Translations under genes and position numbers: made by a program
Notes under the pieces: model-generated
The model's database searches: none
The model's input: only the letters and a program-made list of their open reading frames with translations
Told to the model about the DNA's origin: nothing
Part shown: positions 12,920 through 26,400 of the stretch, one piece after another
How positions within the stretch are numbered: position 1 is the stretch's first letter
Layout: the number at the start of each line of letters is the position of its first letter
DNA from: Rhina ancylostomus
Taxonomy: Eukaryota
Length of the DNA stretch: 63,813 bases
Direction of reading: 5' to 3'
NCBI GenBank assembly: GCA_030265395.1
Contig: JARFYF010000017.1
Location: forward strand, 28,013,979-28,077,791

Positions 12920-13310
12920 TAAGAGGACAGAAAGAGGCTACTTGGTTTGTCAACTCTTTCACAGTTCTGGATTAGGCAATGCAGCTAATCCAATTCACCT
13001 ACTTTCCCCCCATACTCCTGAAGCTCTTTCTTTCCAGACACTTTCCCAACTCTCTTTTGAACACTACAGTTAAATCTGCCTTGATTACTACCACATATGT
13101 GCATTTCAGATCCTAACTACTCACTGTTGAAGAAATGTTCTCTTCATGTTACTTTTGGTTCTTTTGTCAATCACCAACACTCTAGGTCCCTTGGTTCTCA
13201 ACCCTCCCTCTTTCTATTTATTATGTCTCTATTATACCTGATTTTAAATACTTCTATCAAATCCTCTTAAAATCTCCTCTGCTTCAAGAACAACCCCGGC
13301 TTCCTTAGAT
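12920..13310 (-). mobile_element. CR1 3'-end fragment
   Basis: Antisense CR1 3' end pattern (cagatcctaactactcactgt...tctatcaaatcctcttaaaatctcctctgcttc). Confidence 0.6.
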
Positions 13311-16300
13311 TCATTTTTCTAAATAAAGGCTCCATGATAATTGAACACATGGACAATATTCAGAGTATATCATAGGTTTTTCATAAATATATTAATTACA
13401 GACATATATTTCAATGTATATGTTTAAAGAAATTGGTTTGAAATAGAAACATATTTGTTAAGCCTATGAAATGTGGGCCTCACAACAGTTTCTGTTTGAT
13501 GAGCCATGGGTTTCACGTGTATGTAAATATATTATACTTTAAAGACTTTGTTTATATCTTAACATAAAAAAAGGTGGAAGTTGCATTTCTCTTTTAGGTA
13601 TTTTTTTTAACTTCAAGCCTGCTGAGTGCACATGTGTGCAAATGTAACCCCTACTGAGATCAAATAAAATGGTGTTTGCCAAAGATCAAAACAGTAACAC
13701 ATGATAAACCTTCCCAAAACATTATAATCTCTGCTACCTTGGAAGTGAATAACAATCAACTATATACAGACAATTACATATATTACCAAGTAAATTTATA
13801 TGTTACTACAACTAACTAAACTCCAGGGAAATCTATATAAGTAGTTTCTGATTGCCTCATGTTGCATGCATACTCTCACACATTCAGGATATCTATCAGA
13901 TGCAGATTGACTCAAGGCTTAGGAGCTGTCAAAGATTCTAAATTACTGTATTGGGGGTACTGTTTTCTATTATGATCTGACACTGCAAACTCCTGCCAAG
14001 CAGCATGGTCATCAATGCTTTTCTTGATCTCTCCTCTCCACTAACATTATGTGAGACATTCTGTTTCTTACTATGCTGTATAACAAAAAGATTATGTTCT
14101 GGGCTTTTTATATGAATAAATCATTATTTTTATGCATGCCTTTACAATGACTAAACATTAGCTACTGTAAAACACATAAGCGCTCTGCTGCTGCTGCATT
14201 GTTCAAATGGTACCATTGGCAAAGCAGGTCCATCATTTGGAAGTTCCTCAGTAGCAACTAATTTTTTAGTAATCTGATAAAGTATATGCAGTGATGCCTT
14301 CAAATAACCCTGGACAGATAAAAGATGAATTTCTGCTCAGCAGAATTTAACTTTTTAATTGTGATTTATTCAAAATTAACATACCCACAGAATTTTTAGT
14401 TCAAATTATATTCTACACAAATCAATTTTTCTGGCTCTTTTGACTAATTCAAAAGAAAAATCTCGCTGGAGGCATGTGTCGTCCACAAAACAGGCCATGG
14501 TTTCAGGATGAATTAGTCATTAGTAAGTGTCTCTCTAATTGGGTTTGATTGCAGGCCTTTGAGTGGGCTCTAAGAATTACATTGGAACTTTAGGGCACAA
14601 AGGCACCAGTGGGCATGCTTTAAGTGCCTTTTTTTTAACTAAAGGATTGACTGTGATATAACAAAATAAGTAGCAATATAACTATTTTTAAAATATATTT
14701 TTGCAAGCTATTTGCAGTGACAGATTTATTTTTTTTGATTAACCCATAATCACCTAATTGATGAAACTGCAACATTCTATCATTCTTTTTTAATTACTGT
14801 CTGATTTTGCTGTTTCATTGGCTTTTCCATTTGCCAACATTCAACTAAGTTTGGCAGAAAAATCTGAAGAAATAAAATCTGCACAAAATTGGCATAATTA
14901 GAAGCAGATTTTTGCCCAGATCACCAATGGAAGGTGTCAGAGAAAGATGTCCAATATAATTCAGGAATTTATTAGTGATTGAAGAAAGGTTAGTCCCACA
15001 ATAGCAGTTGTGAGAGAAACCAAAATTGAAAGAGAATATGACTCGGATCTTTGAAACGTGATTCATTTTTGTGGAACTGGAAGATACAATGTGGTAAATA
15101 TGAGGGAATAGACTCACATTTAAAGCAAATATTGCTACATCATTAAATCTTAATTACTGAAAAGGGAATAAAATCTGAAGGACAAATACAGAGCTCAATG
15201 ATCAAATAGTACGCAAGCACAGTACATTGGATATTATTGCAATGAAGAGTTACCAGAAACCAATGTTTTCAAAATGTTAGAGTGGCATTAGATTGCAGTG
15301 AATAACTTTGGTTCAGGAAGAAATACCTCAGTCACTTTATCTTGGAATAAATTGAATTTGGGTTTATGACAATCCAAATTGTATATAGTCAGTTATAAAG
15401 AATGGGTTTAATGACCCATATTGTTTTATGTCTTTCCACACTTTTTCAACACAATTAAATACTGTTCCTTGAAGATTTAAATGCAGTGACATCTGCTTTC
15501 TAAGTCATAACTTATCTCTACAGACTATGTTACACTGGAACGTGTGAATGAAATTGGTGTTCAATAAAAGTATACTTTAATTAGATCTTGTCTGGTTAAT
15601 GTTACCTTATTTATTAATATTATCTACCACATCAAGATGGCTGAATTAAAGCTTATACTCAAGGAGATACCCCTTGGGCACATTCAAACAGTTTCAATAA
15701 ACTTAATTAATTTTTACTTGCACATGTAAAACTTTAAAGTGGAGCAATTTAATATCAATGATTAATCAAGTGGGATCTATTGGAACTTAGAGGGAAAGAT
15801 AGTAAGAATTAATTAATTAGCTGTATGGCTTTTAAGGACCATGACTGCCATATAACAGAAACACCTAGGGACAAAATTTCTCTTCAGATGAATATCTACT
15901 TTTCTCTAATTAATGACTTGCTAACAAAGTCAGATATTGCACATTTCAAAACTGTGTATTCCCATAATTATGCTGCAAGATGACTAATTATGTGGAAAAA
16001 CAAATAGCCTTTCAAACTTTGTTAAAAGAAGAATTTGGAGCCAGAAAATTCAGAAGGGAACAGAGCTTCGCTAGGCTACTACATCCAGACATGAATATTA
16101 GTGGGCAATTAAACAACTAAAGGGAGGAGGAGAGTACTTTAATATCACCTTCCTCAACCAAAGTTAAGCCTGACACATGAAAGCAAAATGCAAACCTGGA
16201 GTTCTGAACAAATAACCGAACTTGACCTCTTGCTAAGGTTCCCATCTTCACAGGTGACAGTTCTCAGCCAATTTAAGGGACTGCACAAATGTCATTGTAT

Positions 16301-17639
16301 ACACAAAAAGCTATAACATCCAAGCAATACTACTCAAGACTTGTACTTCAGAATTACCCATACATCCAGATAAACTATTAGGGTACTATAGCCATACCAG
16401 TGGTAACTACACAGATAATTGTACCTACATTAAGGAGGAGAGCAGTTCTGTGACCTACACATACAGAAATTAATCACATTTAAAATTTAAAATAACCCAA
16501 CATGTCTTGAGGAACCAAGGGGCTGTATAAGAAACTTCTAAAGAATAAATTGTGGGAGGAAAGAAGGAATGATATGTATTTGGTAAAGTTTCACCATGTT
16601 GTTTCTTCTCTGAACCCCTGTGGTTTTGGCTATCCACAATCTCTGACATTCACGAAAAAAAACAAGCTTGCCTTGAACTAGGCTGGATTCAACACCAACA
16701 TCTTTTTAGGATGATGCACATTAATCAGCTCTTCAAAAAGGCAGACAAACCTAGAGCTATTTCCATCAGAACCCACTTGAATGAGAATGATTGATTTTCC
16801 AACAGAATCACATTTCCTCAGTGACAATGGGTTGATTAACTTGGGGAATGACACAAAAAAAATTGAATGAGGATGGTGCAAACAAAAAGCAGAGGTGGGC
16901 TGGGATAAGTAGTGAAATCAGTTGTTACAGCCAGACCTACACAATTACCTCATGTATTTTCCCACCTGAAATATAATTTAATCATAGAAAAGTAATGTAT
17001 TAAAATTGTATCAAAGGCAAGTATAATCCTGCCACAGCATCTCACTGACAAAGGTGAGATAACTTAAGCTGAATTCCTGCACAATTAAGGATGGGGTGGA
17101 GGTGGGGGTAAGGGTGGATAGGGGTTGTCCAACCCTTCATTGAAGACCAAAGATGAAGCTGCGGATACTGATGATAATGGGTAGCAAGAATTTTAATTTC
17201 TAAGTACAATTTCTTGGCCATGACTTTAATCTCATAAGATCATTGGCAGATTTACCCCCAAGGTGGCTGTGAGCACATGAGATTTATTTTGTAATTTCGA
17301 GATGAAGAGAGTGAGGCTATCATATAGTCAGCTGTTATATTAAAGTTACTGTGATTTCTCAGACTCGGGGGATGGTTGGTCACCACAGAATACAAAGTTC
17401 TGGTCTGTTGTCATGTATAAAATCCCTGAGTTCCTTGCACAACCAGCAATAGTTCAGTACTGGCTCATTGTAAACTTTGGTAGACAGAATAAGCTGCAAT
17501 TCTGCAGTATGGCTGGAAAAGCTTTGCTCTACAACAATATGGAAAGATCTTCAAAAAATAGAATAAACACAATCGCTGGCCTACAGCCTAGTCTCTATTT
17601 ATATGTGGAATTCTAGCAGATGACTTCAATCTCCAGTTC

Positions 17640-18330
17640 ATTTGCAGCTTCTCAGGTAATGGCGCTTTCTGTACCTCCACATAGCTGGACCGAACAAACA
17701 TTCAAGCTTGGGATGTTAAGAGGCATGTAGCATTCATATGACATAATTCATGCCAGCAAAAAAACATTATAAACAAGAGAGAGAATGATATACTCGTTTG
17801 ACATTCAAAACCATGGCCACCAGCAATTCTTCCACCATCAAAATCCTGGGGATCCCTTCCACCAGAATATTCATTGAATCAGCNNNNNNNNNNNNNNNNN
17901 NNNNNNNNNNNNNNNNNNNNNNNNNNNNNNNNNNNNNNNNNNNNNNNNNNNNNNNNNNNNNNNNNNNNNNNNNNNNNNNNNNNAATCAATCTGCTTTACC
18001 AATACTCCATCTATCCACTGGCATACTGTTGCTACAATGTGCACCATCTACAAGAAGATCAGAAACAATCTTAAATCTTTTCAACTTCACCTCCTAGAAT
18101 CCACTCAGAAAGACAAGAGCAGGAGATACATGGAACACTACCATCTGCAGGTTTCTCTTCAAGTCACAACCATACTGGCTTAGAACTACATTACCATTAT
18201 TTCAAAATTGTGAATGAAAAATTCTGGAACTCCCTTTCTACTGACACTACGGGAGTGCCTTCACCATACAAACTACAGAAATGAAGAAGGCAGATCACCA
18301 AAATCTTCTCAAGACAGTCAGGGAATCTGA
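17640..18330 (+). mobile_element. CR1-group LINE 3' fragment (same family as 3.6-4.85 kb)
   Basis: Shares caccatctacaag..., ggaacactaccatctgcaggtttctcttcaagtcaca and gaagaaggcagatcaccaaaatcttctcaag with that copy. Confidence 0.65.
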
Positions 18331-19959
18331 ATCATGCAGTTCCTCTTGTCTGTTAGCGTCATCTTGATCACCAATATCACTGCCCAAACTCCAATATGGA
18401 CTTTGTCCACCCACCTATCATTTCCTGCCTGCTCCTTGCCATTTTCCCCAGTTCTCCAGATCTTCTTTCTGAATCCTTGATGTCCATTTCCATCCCCTTC
18501 CTGAACCTCTCTTCATCTCCCATTCCTAATTTCCTCATCCGTCCCCTATTTTATTACCCACAATTTTCTCCACGACTCATCTGTCCTTTACCATTCCACC
18601 CCCAGTCCTACCACTGTCCTCTCTATCTTTAATGCACTCCCCTGCCAATCTTTGCACCCAACTCCCATCTGGCCCAATAATTTATTTTATCAAACAACCT
18701 GCAACCCCACCCAACCCGCCCCCAAACTACGTTCTTCCTTGCAACAATGTACAAAACTGGCACTTCCTAATTTCAAAATACAGCTGTTTTATCATGATCA
18801 TGAATATCTAATCATTTGGATCAAGGAAATGCAAATAGAATGGTTGGCTGTTGTACTATTAAGCACTTCTGCTTAGCAGAAGGTTTGCCAACTAGTCAAG
18901 AAGTTATATTATTTCCACTGGAAAAATGAGTTTTTATGAATATTCAAAATAATAATGTTAAGTTTCTGAATTTACTGTTCGTTCCTTCAGAAATAATTTT
19001 CTATAATGTTAAACTGATCTCATGTATTGTCAGTAATTATTTCCTATTCTCCCACACCATTACTGTCTTTGAATCTTCCCACAACTTTTTGCATATTTTG
19101 CAGCATTTCTAAGGCCTTTGCCCTTGAGGTTGTTCAACATTCTGATGGTGCTTTGATTCTGGAATTGTGTATGTGTTCTCTGTGGCTTGTGCCAAAGGGC
19201 ACATTTCATTGAAGCCAAGTAGGCACATGGGAGCTTACCATACTACATAGAAGTGATTTGGAATAGTGTAGGAATTCATAAATCCCGTAATTAGCACACT
19301 ATTGCATCAAGGATAATTTGCAACAAAATGTGGCCTACCTCTTGGCCATATAAGCTGATTCTGATAATAATCTCTCATTTTGGAGCCTGCAGCCAGAATA
19401 CTGATATTTGCTGCTTAGATTGATTTTTATCCTGCAGTGCAAACCAACTACCACACTCAGAACTGCAGGTCCTCATATCCCACTATACCACAGTTCTATA
19501 AGCTTTCCTTTACGCGTGTGGTAGAGAGGTAGGACAAGGTTGGTGGAAGGTGAGGGTAAGAGATCTGCAGACCTCAATATTATATCTCAGCTTGCAATTC
19601 CACCTTGCAAGTCACCAACACAAAGTGCAAGCTATCTAATTAGTGAGCCTACAATAAGGAGGGCTTACGTAAGAAGTTATATTAGAGGGCTAAAAGTATA
19701 CTGTTGTCAACACTACCCAAAAGACAGAATGGTTAGAAGCCAGCCTATAATCTTATACTGTATATACTTACAACAGAACTGTAAACAAAAATTTTAATGT
19801 GTTTGCTGTTAAAGAGACACACCAAACACACTATTGCACTGAAAAGCACGTACCTGTTTCTTTAGTGTTCATTGGAATTGGGGGATAGGGATAGTTCCTG
19901 TTTTAGCTTTGCAATGGCACTTACACTTGCAAAAATTTAAGCAGAGAAATTGAATTCTT

Positions 19960-20400
19960 ACATATTACCCCAATGCCACAGGGTCTTACTTTGTGTGGTA
20001 ACCTTTTATATGGCAACTTATCAAATGTGTTCCAGCTTGCTTGTCACATTCTTAAAAAGCTCTAATAAATTTGTCAAACACAATTTCCCTTTCATAAAAC
20101 CATGTTGTTTTAGCTTGATTATATTAAAATTTTTTAGAATATCCTGCTGCTTCCTTCCATAATGATGGATTATAGTATTTCACTTAATACTAACTGGCCT
20201 AGCTTAATGCTCTATGTCTCCTTCCTTTTTTGAATAAGAAAATTTCACCTGTGGTTTTCCAATCTGCCAGTTTTTGAGAATAAAGAGAACTTTGCATCTA
20301 CTATCTCTACAACCACTTTTTTAATACCTAGGATGCCAACCATTGGGTCTGATGGATTTGTCTTACTAATTTACCTTGTACATCTTCTTTAGTAATTGTT
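19960..20400 (-). mobile_element. CR1 RT fragment
   Basis: Antisense QHGFMKGKLCLTNLLEL motif (tttgtcaaacacaatttccctttcataaaaccatgttg). Confidence 0.7.
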
Positions 20401-21448
20401 TTATGTTCTGTGCCTACCCCACCCACCCCCCAGATTATTTTCTACTATTATTGGAATGCTTTTAGTGTTTTCTACTGCTGATGTTAATGGCCGTGAAATA
20501 AGTTCCGGTCACTTACTCCTTTTATATATTTGTTACAAATGTTCTGCACAATCCTTCTAAAATTAGTCACCTGTAAATACTGCTGAGTAATCTTGGTCAA
20601 ATGGTTTTTAAATTAAAAACTTACACCACCTGTCCTGAGTTGGTTGAGAACTAAAAAAATCTTGCCATGAAATAAATATAATGGTCTGTATTAGATGTTT
20701 TATTGATTTTAAATGCACATAACATACATCAAGTGTGGAACTTACAACTTCATGCACATAAACTGATTTTGAGTGACTGTCTAAATCCTGAAGCAATGCA
20801 TACACCTTTGTGATGGAAATCTGAAATTATAATTGAGCATTTGATAAACCTGAAACTTTAAGTTTTTTTTTATTTGGAACAAATTAAAAGAAGTGATATT
20901 ATCAGATTGACAGAACTCACTTAATCCTATCAACATACCAATGAATGAATGGATAAATGCCTTTAATCCCTACCAGTGGTTTTGTGGGAAAGCTCATTCC
21001 TAAATGGATTACTAAGACAGTCTTGTTCCTTGAGTTTTAATCACTCTAAAATCTACAATCAACCTGTAATGTCATCCTTTTGTGATAGTTGAATATTGTC
21101 TTTAATTTGGTTATTTTAAATCTATCATGTTTCAGCACTCACTGACTGNNNNNNNNNNNNNNNNNNNNNNNNNNNNNNNNNNNNNNNNNNNNNNNNNNNN
21201 NNNNNNNNNNNNNNNNNNNNNNNNNNNNNNNNNNNNNNNNNNNNNNNNNNNNNNNNNNNNNNNNNNNNNNNNNNNNNNNNNNNNNNNNNNNNNNNNNNNN
21301 NNNNNNNNNNNNNNNNNNNNNNNNNNNNNNNNNNNNNNNNNNNNNNNNNNNNNNNNNNNNNNNNNNNNNNTGTGAAGCACCAAGTTGTTTTCAACTCATT
21401 CTTGGACTCCTGAGAGAACCTGTGGATCCGAAAATAACCAAATCTGAC

Positions 21449-22605
21449 ACACCTTATCAAATGCCTTCTGGAAATCCAAGTATGCAACATCCACCTCTTC
21501 CCCTCTATCCACTGCGCTCAGTATATCCTCAAAGAACTTCAGTAAGTTTGTCAAATAGGACCTGCCCTTCCCGAATCCATGCTGTGGCTGCCAGATGGAA
21601 CCACTTTTATCTAGATGTCTCGCTACTTTTTCCTTAATGAGAGCTTCAAGCAAGTTCCTGACTACAGACTTTAAACTACCTGGCCTATAGTTACCTGCCT
21701 TTTGCCTACATCCTTTTTTAAATAGTGCTGTGACATTTGCTGTTTTCCAGTCTGCTGGGACCTATCCAGAGCCCAGAGAATTTTGGTAAATTATCACAAA
21801 CACATCTACTATAACTTGCATTGTTTCTTTCAGTACCCTGGGATGCATCTGATCAGGTCCAGGGGACTTGTCTACTTTTAGGCCACTAGTTTGCTCATCA
21901 CTACCTCTTTAGTAACAGCGATTGTATCGAGGTCCTCACCTCCCATCGCATCCATAACATCTCTCTTTGGCACGTTAGACATGTCCTCCACTGAGAAGAC
22001 TGATACAAAATAGTAATTCAAGACCTCAGCCATTTCCACATTACCCAATATTAATTCTCCCTTCAAATCTTCCAAGAGACCTACGTACACTTTAGCCACC
22101 CTTTTCTGCTTTATATAATTATAAAATCTTTTACTATTTGTTTTTATATTTTGTGCTGGTTTACTTTCATAATCTATCTTCCCTTTCCTTATTGCTGCTT
22201 AGTGGTTCTTTGTTGCATTTTAAAGTTTTCCCAATCTTCCAGTTTCCCACCGCTCTTGGTGACTTTGTATGCATGAGATTTTAGCTTGATACCTTCTTTT
22301 ATTTCCTTAGTTATCCAAAGCTGGATCTCCCCACAATTATTATCCTTGCTTTTAACTGGAGTGTACTTTTGTTGAGCACCGTGATAAATCTCTTTGAAAG
22401 TCTTCCACTGTTCCTCAACTCTCCCACCATATCGCTTGTGTTCCCAGTCTACGCTAGCCAACTCCTCCCTCATCCCATTGTAGTCTCCCTTGTTTAGGCA
22501 TAGTACACGAGTTTTAGATAGAACTATTGCATCCTCCATTTGTGTGAAAAATTCAATCATACTGTGATCACCCTTTCCAAGAGGATCCCTTACTACAAGA
22601 TTGTA
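21449..22605 (-). mobile_element. Well-preserved internal CR1 ORF2 fragment (linker and RT N-terminal half)
   Basis: ORFs LCLNKGDYNGMREELASVDWE...; LILGNVEMAEVLNYYFVSVF; and QHGFGKGRSYLTNLLKFFEDILSAVDRGEEVDVAYLDFQKAFDKV, which is truncated just after DKV. Confidence 0.92.
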
Positions 22606-22904
22606 CTCTAGAGTTATTGGTATGCCAAAAACCTGATGATAGTAATGCCCTGTGCTACTGTAGCAAAACTTCCCGACTTTTATATACCATTCCGTATGTA
22701 ATTAAGGTAACATTCCATTCATGGTGATGCCACTAATATAGAAATACATTTTATGAAAGTGTTTATTAAAGTATGCTACCGATATACAACTAATGATACT
22801 GATACAATTTGAGTCATACAAGAAATTGATACAGATACATACAATAAGTAATATTGTGACTACAAGACTCTACCTTATTAATTATGACATGAGTACATAA
22901 GGAA

Positions 22905-23680
22905 TTCAAAGTTTATTGATCGTACAAAGCTTGATAACAGTGTGGGCTGTGAAGAGAACGCAGAGAGGCTTCAAGGAGATATAAATAGATTAAGTGAATG
23001 GGCAACATCAATAGCAGATGGAATATAATGTGGAAGAACTAAGGTCATCCATTTCAGCAGGAGAAAAAGAAAATAAGTGATTTTTTTCAAAAGCTAAGAG
23101 GTCAAAAAGTGTTGGTGTTCAGAGGTATATACATGCCGTTTTATACAATTCACTGAAAGTTTGCATGAAGCTTCAACAAGAAATTGAGAAGGAAGAGAAT
23201 ATATTGGCCTTTATTGCAGGGTGATGTGAGTCTAAGGGTAGAGACATTTTGCTCCAACTAAATAAGGCCTTGGTGAGATTGCATCTGTCCTCCATACCTG
23301 AGGAAGAATATACTTGCATTAGAGGGAGTGCAGTGAAGGTTCATCTGATTCATGCCTGACATGGTGATTTTGTTGCATGAAGAAAGATTAAGCAGACTGG
23401 GCCTATGGTCTCTTGAATTTGGGAGAATCAGAGATGATCTCATTGAATCATATAAGATTTTATTGGGCTTGACAGGGTAGATGCACAACTGATGTTTCCC
23501 CTGAATGGAGTGTCCTAAACCAGGGGGTCACCATTCAGAAATGAGAAGAAATTTCCTCACGTAGAGGGTATTGAACATTTAGAATTCTCTACATTAGAGA
23601 TCTGTGAGCCTCAGTTACACAATACACTCAAGACTGAGACTGATAGATTTTTAGATGTTAAGGTAATCAAGGATGTGATT
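22905..23680 (+). mobile_element. CR1 RT C-terminal fragment
   Basis: TKL...V.CEE.AERLQGDINRLSEWA...MEYNV; ALEGVQ.RF..L.P.M; RDDLIESYKIL.GLDRVDA. Confidence 0.8.
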
Positions 23681-23819
23681 GCACTGAAGAGGAGATTCCC
23701 CAGGATGTTACCTGGCAAGGAACATTTGAGCAGAGTCTGGATAGGTTGTGTTTGTTCCTTTGGAATCATGAAGGCTGAGTGGGGACCTAATTGAGGGGCA
23801 TAGGTAGAGCAGATATTAG

Positions 23820-24310
23820 ACCAGAAACTAATCTGGACTAGCCACATAAATACTGTGGCTATGAGAGAGCTTGGGTACCTTTAGACACTCGACTCACATC
23901 CTGACACTTCAAAGCCTTTCCAGCTTCTTCAAGGCACAAGTCAGGAGTGTGATGGACTACTCTCCCCTTGCCTAGATGTTTTCAGCTACAACAATTCTCA
24001 AGAAGCTAAACACCATCCAGGACAAAGCAACCCACTTGATTGATACCCCACCTACAACTCTGAACCAGTGATGGGCAATAGTTGGATATGTACCATCCAC
24101 AAAATACACAGTAGTTATTCACCCAAACCACTCTGACAACACATCCCAATCTCACTACATCTATCACCAAGAAGTATATGGGTAGCAGGTGCAGGGGAAC
24201 ATCATTACCTGCAAGTTACCCTCCAAGTTGTGCTTTATTCTGACTTGGACATATATCACTATTCGCTCATTATTCCTGAGCCTAGATCCTCAAACTCCCT
24301 CCCCAGCGGC
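23820..24310 (+). mobile_element. CR1-group LINE 3' fragment (family of 3.6-4.85 kb)
   Basis: caaggcacaagtcaggagtgtgatggactactctcc...caccatccaggacaaagca and gggaacatcattacctgcaagtt. Confidence 0.7.
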
Positions 24311-25799
24311 ATGGTGTATATTTATGGTACTTAGTGAAATAGATCTAAAGAGCCGTCAGAAAAGCACTCTGACACACCTTGAAATTACAGATATAAAAGA
24401 TATTGGTAAAAGCTCATGGATAGTCAAACTGAATTGTAAATAACATTAAAGTATTCAGTGAGCCTACAAATAACTAGAGTCCTGTTAAAATTGTACCTGC
24501 AAGTTCTATGCCTACCTGCTACTCAGAGCTGCCAAAATTGTAAATGTTTTTATATTGTTAATAATTAGGTGATGGCTGATTAGCTGTGAGTGTCATTACT
24601 AGAGTATGTCTCCAGTTTACAACTGATGACATTATATTTTACTATGGGTTATTAATTCTGAACATCAATCTGTAAGATATAGAAATGGCTAAAGCCTTAC
24701 AGTTAATAATTAATTAGATTTTACATTGAATAAAAGATAATTTATTCTATCATCAGTTTCACATTTTCTCTCCATTGATTCACATTATATCAAAAAAATG
24801 GAAATGGTTTACTATGTAACACTGGTTATGACAATAATTATTGCTTTAAGGTTGTTACTTTTCTAAGAATTGTGTCATGTGACTAACTGCTCTCTGAGGT
24901 GCAACAAAGTTTTAACAAGGTTCTAAGGAGGCAGTCTGTGAGGATCCCTTAAATAAAGAGGAAACAATTTGTTTTGAGCTCCTGGTGCGTCACATGCCTT
25001 TGTTGGCACACTCTGCAAATGGACTTCATTGGATGCTAGGAATCCACAGAGAACATAAATTCTACAGAAATAAAAGTATTTACTTAAAATAATGTGAAGA
25101 ACTGAATATCTTTCAATGTATACTAATACCAGTATCTGTAATTCCTCCATCCTATTGCTAAACAAGGAGACAGCTCATTATCTATTATCAGCACTCTGAA
25201 TGCAATAATAAAGTATCTGAAATTACCAGCCTCATGTTTAAACTCTGCGTTGGTGTGTTGTTTCATTCAGGGTGTGATGGCATTTCATCCATTGTATTAA
25301 AAGAAGTCAAAGCAGCTACAAAGGCAAAATAGTTTGGATGCTGGCCATCAGAAATAAATAAAAAATAAACATTCACAGTTTTTATGTAACAGAGAAAATG
25401 GTGGTTAGTTGTCATTTAAGCAGATTCATAATTTATTCATTGTCTGCAGTTCTTCATTTGTAATTTTGGTATTTTCTTCTCAGAACCCTTCACTGATGTT
25501 AATAATAGAAATGCCAAATTCCTTCCCTTCAGGCCCAAAGGAAAAAGATATCTCTGTATATTTTTAACCTCTTAAGGTGTTGTTTTTCCAATTCTTTGTT
25601 TAATTATTTTCAGAAATATTTTGCTAATATTATGCTCAAGTGAGATTACATCTTGTCATATCAGTGTCCATTTGTTACTCTCATTGACCTATGTTACAGT
25701 TGTAACTTTGTATGTATTGTTTTCTCAGTTATCACCTGGTGCAGCTCAATATAAGTAGGTTGGAACATTTTCCATCCGAATTGTAATTTTTCACTCTTT

Positions 25800-26400
25800 G
25801 TATCTTGATAGTGTATCACATTTGTTAGGTCCCCAAGAAAATATTTCCAGAACTCCAATATTGCCAGTTAGTGTACTAGCTCTCCACCTACCCCTGACAG
25901 TAGACCCCAGCTTGGCCAATAATTCACTTCCAATCTCCTCCAAATGAACCTTACAAGGGACTTCATTAAATGTCTTCAGTAAGCTGATATAAATAACATC
26001 CATTGACATACCCCTTTACTAACTTAGTCATCTCTTCCTAATCTAATTCATTATGCATAACCTATTCGTCACAAGTTAATTCTGCCTCTCTCTGAAAATT
26101 TTCTAGATGTTGGCTGCACGGTAGTGTAGTGGTTAGCGTGACGCTATTACAATGCCAGTGATTGGGGTTTGATTCCCATCGCTGTCTGTAAGGAGTTTGT
26201 ACGTTCTCCCATGTCTGCGTGGGTTTCCTCTGGTTTCCTCCCACATTCCAAAGACATACAGGTAGGGTACTATGAGTTTAAAATGGGCTGCGCGGACTCG
26301 GTGGGCTGGAAGGGCCTGTTACTACGCTGTAAATAAAATGTAAATTTAAATCAGTGTATCCTTAGTCATAAACTATTGTGATAGCAAATGAATAGGTGCA
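25800..26400 (-). mobile_element. Old CR1 RT remnant hosting the V-SINE
   Basis: Antisense SMDVIYISLLKTFNEVP (decayed VDV.YLDF.KAFDKVP) immediately left of the SINE. Confidence 0.55.
26112..26340 (+). mobile_element. tRNA-derived V-SINE (HE1-like), comparatively intact
   Basis: Pol III A-box TAGTGTAGTGG (26122-26132) and B-box GGTTTGATTCC (26166-26176). V-domain ggagtttgtacgttctcccatgtctgcgtgggtttcctctggtttcctcccaca, CR1-like tail gggctggaagggcctgtt, and an A-rich end. Confidence 0.88.

Noticed and set aside
21449-22605. Idea that this CR1 middle fragment is the missing interior of the 41.5-43.3 kb CR1
   Set aside because: It is on the opposite strand, 20 kb away and joined to non-CR1 sequence on both sides. 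CR1 copies are too abundant to link them without reads.
26112-26185. tRNA-like sequence with A and B boxes
   Set aside because: It continues directly into a V-domain and LINE-like tail, so it is a SINE head rather than a tRNA gene.
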